A DNA stretch of 64,000 bases. It comes from Candidatus Omnitrophota bacterium. Lineage in GTDB: Bacteria; Omnitrophota; Gorgyraeia; Gygaellales; Profunditerraquicolaceae. The notes beneath the pieces were generated by a model, which was given only the letters and a program-made list of their open reading frames with translations, had not been told where the DNA came from and searched no databases. Numbering within the stretch: the stretch's first letter is position 1; every line of letters begins with the position of its first letter. Shown piece by piece: positions 26,123 to 34,424 of this stretch. The position numbers and the translations under genes are program-made. Where the stretch lies: contig JBAZUE010000001.1 in the NCBI GenBank assembly GCA_041661605.1, positions 786 to 64,785 of the forward strand, in the 5' to 3' direction.

Positions 26123-27614
26123 CTTAACGAAATTATTCCAAAAGCAGGAACAGGTTACAACCGTCTTCCAGATAGATAATAACTGGTTGAGGTTAATCCA
26201 GGTAACGACGCTTAAGCGGGAGAAAAAGGTTTCCATGATAAAGGCCATGGACATTGTTTCTTTATCCGATGAGGAGATAACCCAAAAGGTATCTGAGCTG
26301 GTTGCTGAATTAAAGATAAATTCGCGCTATCTTATCTTATCTATACCGCGCCAACTTACAACCACCAGGAACCTTGATTTGCCTTCCGCAAATCCGCTTG
26401 AGATAAAAGACATGATTGAGCTGCAGATCGGCAAGCAAACACCCTATGCCAGCGATGAAGTGATTAAGGATTACCAGATCCTGGGCAGCGGAGCCGACGG
26501 ATACAGCAAGGTGCTTTTGGTTATCGTGCACCGGGATATTGTGGGAAGGTATTTAAAAATATTAGAGTCAGCCGGGCTTAAGGCGCAAAGGGTAAGTTTT
26601 GGTTCCGAAGGACTGTTAAATTGGAGGAACCTGGCTTACCGGGAAAAACTGGCTGCTGAAAAGGTGCACATATTGATTGAAGTTGATTATGATGCCAGCG
26701 ATTTTGAGGTTGTGCTCAATGACAAGATGGTTTTTGGCAGGAGCATCTCTTTAGGTTTTTCCCAGCTTCCCGGCCAACTCGAGCAGTGGCAGAAGAAGTT
26801 TGTCGAAGAGGTAAACCATTCAATTTATGCTTACCAGAATGAAATAATGGGTAAGGAGATCGATAAGATTATAATCAGCCAGCCCAGGTTAGTCGGCGAC
26901 AGCCTGGATCAGGCCGTATTGGAAAAGGAGTTCGGCCTGCCTGTAGAGATCATAGACCAATTTAAGGATATCCCTTTTACCGAAGAAGGGGTGAGTTCTT
27001 ACAACAGCCTGATCAGGACGGATCTATCTTTTGCCGGGCTGCTCGGTTTGGGATTACCGGCTTTAGAACATAAGATTGACCTTGTCCCCCAGGAGCATCA
27101 GATTGGCAAAGCAGTTAAAGAAAAAGGCAAAGACCTTTATATCATGGGCATTCTATTGGTGTTTATCCTGGTTGCTTTTTCCGGAGTATTTTTAGGGAGA
27201 ATGTATAATAAAGAACGGTATTTAGGCCAGCTAAAGCAGCGCCTCGGAGAAATCCAGAATAAAACCAAAGAGCTAAATAGCATGATCCGGGGGATAGAGA
27301 CAATCAAAGACCGGGTTTATACAAGGGGTATGTCGCTTAACCTTCTATATGAGGTGCACCGCTCAGTCCTGCCCGAAATGTATTTAAACTCCGTAAGCTT
27401 TGACGGAAAACAAGAGCTGACTTTGCGGGGCGAGTCCAATGAAATGTCGGAGGTTTTTAACTTTGTTAATAAATTGGAAGAATCAGCGTATTTTCAGAAC
27501 GTTAAGTCAAAATACGCGACCAAGCGCAAGGAGGGGGATAAGGAGATGACGGATTTTGAGATTTCCTGTCCTTTGGCGGATAAATATAAAATTACCGATA
27601 AATACAAATTATAA
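26112..27614 (+). CDS. PilM-like actin-fold assembly protein fused to a PilN-like TM / periplasmic region (GspL-equivalent)
   Basis: The N-terminal ~330 aa follow the PilM pattern. Then come a TM helix (LYIMGILLVFILVAFSGVFLG), a coiled coil and a small C-terminal domain, as in PilN/GspL. Confidence 0.65.
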   Translation: MKINLTKLFQKQEQVTTVFQIDNNWLRLIQVTTLKREKKVSMIKAMDIVSLSDEEITQKVSELVAELKINSRYLILSIPRQLTTTRNLDLPSANPLEIKDMIELQIGKQTPYASDEVIKDYQILGSGADGYSKVLLVIVHRDIVGRYLKILESAGLKAQRVSFGSEGLLNWRNLAYREKLAAEKVHILIEVDYDASDFEVVLNDKMVFGRSISLGFSQLPGQLEQWQKKFVEEVNHSIYAYQNEIMGKEIDKIIISQPRLVGDSLDQAVLEKEFGLPVEIIDQFKDIPFTEEGVSSYNSLIRTDLSFAGLLGLGLPALEHKIDLVPQEHQIGKAVKEKGKDLYIMGILLVFILVAFSGVFLGRMYNKERYLGQLKQRLGEIQNKTKELNSMIRGIETIKDRVYTRGMSLNLLYEVHRSVLPEMYLNSVSFDGKQELTLRGESNEMSEVFNFVNKLEESAYFQNVKSKYATKRKEGDKEMTDFEISCPLADKYKITDKYKL

Positions 27615-27620
27615 ATAAAA

Positions 27621-28154
27621 ATGGAATTTCTATCAAGGTTATCTAAAAAAGAAAGACGCCTGTTTTATATCGCGGTGACGGTGGTGGCCGTTGTTTTTCT
27701 TGACAGGGTGGTCTTCAGGCCCGTCCTGAATAAACTGGAAAGTTTTAACGGGAAGATCTCCCTGGAGGAAAAAAAGCTGGAGAAGTCATTGCTTATACTG
27801 GGGCAGGAATCGGCCATAACGCAAGAATACAAGAAATTTGCTCAAAGTATAAAACAGGAACAGTCTGATGAAGAAACGATAGCCAGCCTGCTTAGCAGTA
27901 TAGAAAAAATGGCCAAGAGTGTTTCTGTTTTTATCCTGGATATGAAGCCGGCCCCGGTAGAAAAAGCGGAGTTTTATAAAAAATACGCCGTAAAGATCGA
28001 AGCCGAGGCAAAAATCAGCAACTTGACAGATTTTATTTATCAACTGGAAAATTCTCCTAATTTACTCAGGGTGGCGGATTTCCGCATTACTCCCCAGAAA
28101 AAAGAAACTGTTTTAAAAATTAATATGACAGTTACCGAGGTTTTGATTAATTAA
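27621..28154 (+). CDS. PilO/GspM-like bitopic assembly protein
   Basis: This 177-aa protein has an N-terminal TM (LFYIAVTVVAVVFL), a coiled coil and a ferredoxin-like C-terminal region. It is the last gene of the cluster. Confidence 0.55.
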   Translation: MEFLSRLSKKERRLFYIAVTVVAVVFLDRVVFRPVLNKLESFNGKISLEEKKLEKSLLILGQESAITQEYKKFAQSIKQEQSDEETIASLLSSIEKMAKSVSVFILDMKPAPVEKAEFYKKYAVKIEAEAKISNLTDFIYQLENSPNLLRVADFRITPQKKETVLKINMTVTEVLIN

Positions 28155-28209
28155 AAATCCGCGCGAACTCCTATCCGTCTAAAGCGCCTGAGTATAAATA
28201 AAAAACCCC

Positions 28210-29313
28210 ATGAAAGTATTGATCCAATTTGAGAATAAGCCGCGTTTATTTTCTGACCCCGAGTTTATCATATCCTGCTTTGATCCGTCTTTATTAGCTT
28301 CCGGTTTTAAAGAGATGGAGCGGGCGCTTTCTGCCGGGTATCATCTGGCCGGTTTTTTTTCATATGAAGCAGGGTATTGTTTTGAAAAAAAGCTGCAAAG
28401 GAATAAGTTGTATGATTTTCCCCTGCTTTATTTTGGGGCATATAAAGGCTTAAGCCGCGATAAGCTTGAACTTTTAAGGCCGGCCTCTTTGAGGAATATC
28501 GGTTTAAATATCAAGCAGGATGAGTATTCTTTAAATATCAATACTATCCGTGATTACATAGCCAAAGGGGACGTTTATCAGATTACTTATTGCATAAAAC
28601 TATTATTTGAATTAGACGGATGCGCTTTTTCTCTTTACAGGAGGCTCCTGAAAGAGCAGCCGGTGCCATATTCGGCCTATATCGAAACAGATAATTTTCG
28701 TATCCTTTCTTTGTCCCCGGAACTGTTTATCAAAAAAGAATCCACGCATATATTGACTAAGCCTATGAAGGGTACCTGGCCCAGGGGCCAGGGTTTATTT
28801 TCGGATTTTCTCTCACCGCTGCGCTTAAAATATGATTCAAAGAACCGGGCGGAGAATGTAATGATTGCCGATTTGCTAAGAAATGACCTGGGAAGACTGG
28901 GCCTTGGTATTAAAGCGCCTGCGTTATTTGAGGTAGCCAAGTACAAGACCTTGTGCCAGATGACCTCTACCGTAACTGCTGATGTGGACAAGGACATATC
29001 CGTTTATGAACTTTTTTCTTCGCTCTTTCCGTCAGGATCGGTTACCGGGGCGCCCAAGGTAAGCGCTATGGAGATAATAAGCCGGATAGAGAAAGAAGAA
29101 CGCAAGATTTACACCGGAGCTATTGGTTATATAACTCCCGGAAAAGACATGTTTTTTAATATCCCTATCCGCACGCTTTTAATCCAGGGCACCTGCGGCC
29201 AGATGGGTATCGGCGGCGGGATAGTCTGGGATTCAACACCTGCCGGTGAATGGAACGAAGGGCTGCTTAAAGCGAAGTTCCTGACAGACTTTGCAGCAGA
29301 AAGAAATGATTAG
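28210..29313 (+). CDS. pabB: Chorismate-utilising enzyme, aminodeoxychorismate synthase component I-like
   Basis: Chorismate-binding motifs are GDVYQI, SPELF, KPMKGT, NRAENVMIADLLRNDLGR, PSGSVTGAPK and IYTGAIGY...GIGGGIV. Confidence 0.75.
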   Translation: MKVLIQFENKPRLFSDPEFIISCFDPSLLASGFKEMERALSAGYHLAGFFSYEAGYCFEKKLQRNKLYDFPLLYFGAYKGLSRDKLELLRPASLRNIGLNIKQDEYSLNINTIRDYIAKGDVYQITYCIKLLFELDGCAFSLYRRLLKEQPVPYSAYIETDNFRILSLSPELFIKKESTHILTKPMKGTWPRGQGLFSDFLSPLRLKYDSKNRAENVMIADLLRNDLGRLGLGIKAPALFEVAKYKTLCQMTSTVTADVDKDISVYELFSSLFPSGSVTGAPKVSAMEIISRIEKEERKIYTGAIGYITPGKDMFFNIPIRTLLIQGTCGQMGIGGGIVWDSTPAGEWNEGLLKAKFLTDFAAERND

Positions 29314-29372
29314 CTTTAGAGCCCCGGAAGAAGTATAATTTATTAAAAGAGACCAGCTAATTTTTTAAAACA

Positions 29373-30830
29373 ATGCCTTCAAAAATATCTAAAGACCTGA
29401 ATTTGCTCACCTTCATAGAAACAAACCTCGAGGCAATAGTGGTTGTGGATAAGTCCGGCCTTGTGCTTTTTGCCAATCCTGCCGCCTCAAGGCTCTTTGA
29501 CCGTGAAAAGAAAGAGTTAATCGGAAAGCCGTTTGGATTCCCTTTACCCGGAGACAGAATAGTTGAAATCAATATTCCCGGAAAAAACAAGGAAGTCGGC
29601 ATAGCGCAAATGCAGCAGATGCCTATAGAATGGCAGGGCAGGCGGGCGGTTATCTTATTGATACATGATATTTCTGAGCTTAAGAAAACAGAAATGCTTA
29701 AAGCCGCCATGGATGAGCGCAGGCGTATCGACAGGATAAAGAATGAATTTATTTCCAATGTTTCCCACGAACTGCGCACTCCGCTTACTTCCGTAAGAGA
29801 GGGGATAAGCCAGATCCTGGAGGGTTTCTTAGGCAAGACCACACAAAAGCAAAAAGAGTTTTTGTCGATGTGCCTTGAGGATATTGACCGGCTTTCCAGG
29901 ATTATTGACGGGCTGCTGGATATTTCAAGGATTGAATCCGGCAAGATCATTTTGAAGAAAGAAACGCTGGATATCGTGGAATTGGCCAGGAGCGCGGTAT
30001 CTTCTCTTTCGGTCAAGATAAAAAATAAAGGACTGGAATTGATAGAGGATTTTCCTAAAGAGAAAACAGAAATATATGTGGATAGAGACAGGATTATCGA
30101 GGTGTTTATCAATTTACTGGGTAATGCTATCAAGTTTACCGATAAGGGTCAAATCGGCGTTTCCGTGAAAAATAAAGCCAAGTTGGTAGAGTGTATTGTC
30201 TCGGATACCGGCAGGGGCATAGCTAAAAAGGACCTGCCCAGGGTCTTTAGCAGGTTCCAGCAGTTTGGCCGCGTTTTTGGCCCCGGAGAAAAAGGTACAG
30301 GCCTTGGGCTTTCTATCGTTAAAAGCATAATTGAATTGCATAAAGGCCAGATCCGGGTAGAGAGCAAGTTGGATAAAGGGACAAAGTTCATCTTTACCTT
30401 ATTTAAATATACTTCCAGGGAACTGTTCAGGCAGTATATAGTTGACGGCTTAAGGGAGGCGGTACATAATGACGAGCCGCTTTCTATTTTTGTCTTCTAT
30501 ATTGAAGATTTTGCCGCGGTTAAGAAAGAGTTTGACACTAAAAGGATTAGCCTCCTGATGAATAAATTCTATGAAATAATAGGCGGGCACCTGCGCCGCC
30601 AGGCTGATTTAGCGGTTAAAGATGACAGCGCGATTTTACTGGTGCTGCCGGTAACTAAAAACGAATATATCGACAGCATACAAACCAGATTAACTCAAGC
30701 TCTCGAGGAATATTTATCTAAAGAAGGCCTGGATAAGAAAATAAGAATAGGATGCAAAACAGCGGGTTTTCCCAGGGATGGCTCCAACTCCGATGTATTA
30801 TTTGATAAAATAAAAGAGGCGATAAATTAA
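29373..30830 (+). CDS. PAS sensor histidine kinase with a C-terminal degenerate GGDEF-like domain
   Basis: It has a PAS region, HisKA (FISNVSHELRTPLTSV), and HATPase_c (N box, DTGRGI, GTGLGLSIVK). A ~130-aa tail has GGDEF-like topology but no GGDEF motif. Confidence 0.85.
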   Translation: MPSKISKDLNLLTFIETNLEAIVVVDKSGLVLFANPAASRLFDREKKELIGKPFGFPLPGDRIVEINIPGKNKEVGIAQMQQMPIEWQGRRAVILLIHDISELKKTEMLKAAMDERRRIDRIKNEFISNVSHELRTPLTSVREGISQILEGFLGKTTQKQKEFLSMCLEDIDRLSRIIDGLLDISRIESGKIILKKETLDIVELARSAVSSLSVKIKNKGLELIEDFPKEKTEIYVDRDRIIEVFINLLGNAIKFTDKGQIGVSVKNKAKLVECIVSDTGRGIAKKDLPRVFSRFQQFGRVFGPGEKGTGLGLSIVKSIIELHKGQIRVESKLDKGTKFIFTLFKYTSRELFRQYIVDGLREAVHNDEPLSIFVFYIEDFAAVKKEFDTKRISLLMNKFYEIIGGHLRRQADLAVKDDSAILLVLPVTKNEYIDSIQTRLTQALEEYLSKEGLDKKIRIGCKTAGFPRDGSNSDVLFDKIKEAIN

Positions 30831-30845
30831 GGCGGGAGGAATATA

Positions 30846-31211
30846 ATGGCAAAGAAGATATTATTGGTTGATGATGAGCCTCATATAATTACAATGCTGG
30901 AAAACAGGATGAAACATGAAGGCTATGAGGTAATTACCGCTTCTGACGGCCAGCAGGCTCTTCTAAGGGCGCAGAAAGAGAAGCCCGACCTTATTATATT
31001 AGACCTGATGCTTCCTAAGTTAGACGGCTATAAAGTCTGCCGGATGCTCAAATTTGATGAAAAATATAAGCACATCCCTATAATTATGCTTTCTGCCCGG
31101 GCGCAGGAAGCAGATAAGAAAATGGGGGAGACTGTTGGCGCAGACGGATATGTTACCAAGCCTTTTGAGCCCCAGGTATTGTTAGGCAAGATAAAGGACC
31201 TGATAAAATAG
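30846..31211 (+). CDS. Single-domain CheY-like response regulator
   Basis: Motifs are LLVDDE, DLIILDLMLPKLDG (canonical Asp), MLSA and VTKPF. The protein is 121 aa. Confidence 0.9.
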   Translation: MAKKILLVDDEPHIITMLENRMKHEGYEVITASDGQQALLRAQKEKPDLIILDLMLPKLDGYKVCRMLKFDEKYKHIPIIMLSARAQEADKKMGETVGADGYVTKPFEPQVLLGKIKDLIK

Positions 31212-31543
31212 TGAGAAAGCCCGGATTAAAAATAAATCTTTTTGTAGCTAAACAGATCTGTGCTTGTGACAGCCAAGCGGGTTGTTGCGCCGCTCCCGGG
31301 CAAAGTAAGAAAGAAATAGCCGGATTGACAGGAGCGCTAAAGAAAATTACGCAGGTTGACACTAAGATAAATGATATAAGGGATATAAAGACTGCGGATG
31401 AGTTTCCCAAGGCAGCAGCCTTGTTTAAAAAATATGGCTACAACTGCCTGCCTATTGTTATGGTTGACGAGGAAATTGTGACATATGGCATACCGGATGA
31501 AGAGTTTATCGTTAATTCCATAAAGAAAGTTAAGCCCAGATGA
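31211..31543 (+). CDS. ArsD-like thioredoxin-fold metallochaperone candidate
   Basis: The N-terminus is Cys-rich (CACDSQAGCC). The C-terminal pattern LPIVMVDEEIVTYGIPDEEF resembles ArsD (LP..LVDGE.V..G.YP). The GTG start overlaps the upstream stop. Confidence 0.4.
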   Translation: MRKPGLKINLFVAKQICACDSQAGCCAAPGQSKKEIAGLTGALKKITQVDTKINDIRDIKTADEFPKAAALFKKYGYNCLPIVMVDEEIVTYGIPDEEFIVNSIKKVKPR

Positions 31544-32538
31544 GCAAATCCAGCAAAATTTTATTAATTATCTTAGGTTTTTTATTCATCGGCCAACCAA
31601 GCCATGCCCAATCTCCAGATCAGTCTGGTTTTGACAAGCAGATAAATGTCAGTTTTGCCGCCGGTCTAAATAGTTCTGTCAATCAGGCTATAAATGAGTT
31701 CAAAAAGGTATATCCCAAGGCAAGCTTTGTCAAGGAGTCCGGGGCAACCCTACTGTTAATACGCAAGATAACTGAACTTAACCAGGCGCCTGATGTGGTA
31801 TTTGTCGCGGATGCCCTGGCAATTAAAGAAAAATTAATTCCTGAATACGCGGATTGGTATATAAAGTTTTATGAAGACCGCATAGTGCTTGCTTATTCCG
31901 ATAAAAGTAAGTATACCAATGAAATAAGCAGCCGGAATTGGTATCAGGTCATATTGCGTAAAGATGTGCGCTACGGTTATGCCAACCCCAATCTTGCTCC
32001 CGTAGGTTACCGGACGCTTATGGTCTGGCAGCTTGCGGACATATATTATAAGCAAAGGATAGGAAGCAAGAATATTTACGACAGCTTAAAAGACGCCTGT
32101 CCCATTGAGAATATTATGCCGGATGTCGCTGAGCTTCTGAATTTGCTTGAATCCCTTTCGCTGGATTACGCCTTTGTTTATGAATCTACGGCTAAACAAC
32201 ATAATTTAAAGTATATCCGGCTGCCCAAAGAGATTGATTTGGGAAGCGATGAATTGAGCGAATTTTATAAGCAGGCAAAGGTGGAAATATCTACCAAGAA
32301 GAACGCGCAAAAGGAGGTTCTTACCGGCTCGCCGGTTACCTTTGGCCTGACTATCCTCAAAAGCGCTTCCAACGCTAAAGGGGCGGTAGAATTTGTTAAA
32401 TTTTTTCTTGGGCCAGTCGGCCGCAAGATTCTTGATTCCAACTATCAGACAATGCTGGAACCTACCCTGGCGTATAATATCAAGAATCTTCCGGATGAGC
32501 TCAAGCAATTTGTACTCCCTGAGGATATTGCTAAGTAA
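31540..32538 (+). CDS. Periplasmic oxyanion (molybdate/tungstate/sulfate-type) ABC substrate-binding protein, WtpA-like
   Basis: It has a signal peptide, the class-II PBP pattern (APDVVFVADA, YANPNLAPVGYRT), and sits in an operon with an ABC permease and ATPase. Confidence 0.6.
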   Translation: MSKSSKILLIILGFLFIGQPSHAQSPDQSGFDKQINVSFAAGLNSSVNQAINEFKKVYPKASFVKESGATLLLIRKITELNQAPDVVFVADALAIKEKLIPEYADWYIKFYEDRIVLAYSDKSKYTNEISSRNWYQVILRKDVRYGYANPNLAPVGYRTLMVWQLADIYYKQRIGSKNIYDSLKDACPIENIMPDVAELLNLLESLSLDYAFVYESTAKQHNLKYIRLPKEIDLGSDELSEFYKQAKVEISTKKNAQKEVLTGSPVTFGLTILKSASNAKGAVEFVKFFLGPVGRKILDSNYQTMLEPTLAYNIKNLPDELKQFVLPEDIAK

Positions 32539-33714
32539 ATGATATACCTGTTGTTGTCTGCCATTCTTTTATGCCTGCATTTTATTTTCTTCGCTTTCTT
32601 TGTTGACACAGGGACAAACGCGGTTATTTTAGCGGCGAATATTCTTTTTGCTTTTAACGGAGTCAAGGTTTACCGTAAAGAGAGCCTGAACAAGTTTATC
32701 CTCTATCTTTTCGGCTACCTGCTGCTTTTTGTTTTTGTCTTTCTGTTATCCAGGGCCAATCTTTTATTTGCTATTTTTGTTATCCTTTATAGCGCCGTCT
32801 TTAACATTGCCTATCTTTTGCCTTACTTAATAATCTTAATCTTTTCCGTGATTTTTGTTACTCCTTATTGGATGCAGGTTTTTATTTTATTCAGCGCCTT
32901 TTATTTTTTCGCCAGCAGTATTTACAGAAGGACATATTCCAAGTTTTTTGTCGCCTTGTTCAGCATAGGTTTTATTTCCATTCTTTTGATTATTTTCCCT
33001 ATCTTATATATTTTTCTGCAGGTCAGCCCCCAAAGCCTTTTATTAGCTTTTAAGAATAATGAATTCCAGCAGGCGCTGCTTAACAGCCTGGTTACTTCGG
33101 GAATAAGCACTTTGATAATTTTAATATTCGGGGTTCCTTTTGCTTATGTCATGGCGCGTAAGAATTTTGCGGGCAAAGGGTTCCTGGATAACCTGATTAA
33201 TTTGCCGATACTTATACCGCAAACTGTAGCCGGAATCGCGCTCTTAGTGGTATTAGGCCCTAAATCCCCGGTGGGTGAATTTATGTTTAAAAACTGCCGT
33301 TTAGCTATCGCTAACGGATACTTAGGGATCATTGCCGCACAGGTTTTTGTCAGCTCGCCTTTTTTGATCCGCAGCGCGATAACCGCTTTTGAGAGTATTG
33401 ACCAGAGGCTGGAAGATGCCAGTCGTACGCTGGGGGCTTCGGAATTGAGCACCTTTATGCGTATCTCGCTTCCTCTGGCAGGCAGCGGGATCTTTAGCGG
33501 TTGTATTCTTGCTTTAGCCAGGGCATTAAGTGAGGTAGGCAGCCTTATGGTTATTGCTTATCATCCTATGACTGCTCCGATATACATATATGACCAATTT
33601 ATCCAATATGGCTTAAGTGAAATTCAACCCATGGCGGTTTTACTGGTAATCTCCTGTTTATGGGCCTTTATCGGCCTGCATTGGCTGCGCCACCAGCTGA
33701 TAAAGAAAGGTTAA
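32539..33714 (+). CDS. ABC transporter permease (ModB/CysT/WtpB-like) with a ~165-aa extra N-terminal multi-TM extension
   Basis: The C-terminal half has the binding-protein-dependent permease EAA-type loop (EDASRTLGASELSTFMRISLPLA). The N-terminal half is a Phe/Leu/Ile-rich set of additional TM helices. Confidence 0.75.
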   Translation: MIYLLLSAILLCLHFIFFAFFVDTGTNAVILAANILFAFNGVKVYRKESLNKFILYLFGYLLLFVFVFLLSRANLLFAIFVILYSAVFNIAYLLPYLIILIFSVIFVTPYWMQVFILFSAFYFFASSIYRRTYSKFFVALFSIGFISILLIIFPILYIFLQVSPQSLLLAFKNNEFQQALLNSLVTSGISTLIILIFGVPFAYVMARKNFAGKGFLDNLINLPILIPQTVAGIALLVVLGPKSPVGEFMFKNCRLAIANGYLGIIAAQVFVSSPFLIRSAITAFESIDQRLEDASRTLGASELSTFMRISLPLAGSGIFSGCILALARALSEVGSLMVIAYHPMTAPIYIYDQFIQYGLSEIQPMAVLLVISCLWAFIGLHWLRHQLIKKG

Positions 33715-33719
33715 TAAGG

Positions 33720-34424
33720 ATGTTTCTTAAAATCAACGGGTTTAATAAAAACTGGGATGGCTTTAGCCTGAAAGATATTTCTCTTGAAATAGAGGAAGGG
33801 CAATATTTTGTCCTTTTGGGCCCCTGCGGCGCAGGCAAGACCTTGCTGCTTAACGGTATCGCAGGTTTATACAGGCCTGATTCAGGAAATATTTTTATGC
33901 AGGGTTTAGAGGTAACTTTTTTACCGGCAGAAAAGCGTAATATCGGTTACCTTTTCCAGAGGGACGCGATTTTTACCCACTTAAGCGTTAAGGAAAATAT
34001 CTATTACGGATTGAAGTATCATAAGCCGGATAAAAAATATTTAGATACGCTCTTTGATCTGCTGGATATCGCAGATCTGCTTGGACGGCGCGATACAGTT
34101 AATTTAAGCGGCGGAGAGGCGCGTAAGGTTGCTTTAGCCAGAAGCCTGGCAGTCGGGCCGCGTTTATTATTGCTTGATGAGCCTTTGTCTTTTTTGGACC
34201 CTTTAAGCCAGGAAAAGGTAATGCAGAGCCTTGGCGCCCTGAATAAACAAATGGGGCTTTCCATAATCCATGTAACTCATGATGTGCAGGAAGTAAAAAG
34301 CATCGCTAAAAATGCGGCAGTCTTATTTGACGGCTCAATCGTGCAAGCCGGCACAATGGAGAAGGTACTAAGGGACCCTTCGGATTTCCTGAAAGAAAAA
34401 TTCTGGGGGTGCAGCCATGTTTGA
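33720..34424 (+). CDS. ABC transporter ATP-binding protein
   Basis: It has Walker A GPCGAGKT, signature LSGGEARKVALA and Walker B LLLLDEP. I chose the ATG at 33720 (preceded by AAGGA) over the track start at 33660, which overlaps the permease. Confidence 0.85.
   Translation: MFLKINGFNKNWDGFSLKDISLEIEEGQYFVLLGPCGAGKTLLLNGIAGLYRPDSGNIFMQGLEVTFLPAEKRNIGYLFQRDAIFTHLSVKENIYYGLKYHKPDKKYLDTLFDLLDIADLLGRRDTVNLSGGEARKVALARSLAVGPRLLLLDEPLSFLDPLSQEKVMQSLGALNKQMGLSIIHVTHDVQEVKSIAKNAAVLFDGSIVQAGTMEKVLRDPSDFLKEKFWGCSHV

Noticed and set aside
29357-30133. 258-aa minus-strand ORF, and the other minus-strand ORFs (for example 4154-4660, 15522-15869, 16377-16772, 18576-18983, 21395-21898, 40062-40499, 53078-53488, 58001-58435, 60319-60711)
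   Set aside because: Each lies wholly inside a well-supported + strand gene and has a low-complexity Ser/Leu/Ile/Pro-rich composition typical of antisense shadow frames. None contains a recognisable motif.
33660-33719. Upstream in-frame extensions offered by the ORF track (33660, 43809, 47269, 52115, 54649, 55388, 62562)
   Set aside because: Each extension overlaps the preceding gene or a hairpin. A downstream ATG with a better RBS, or an ATGA/TAATG coupling signature, gives a protein beginning at the expected family N-terminus. The site at 54649 remains a possible alternative for cbiO.
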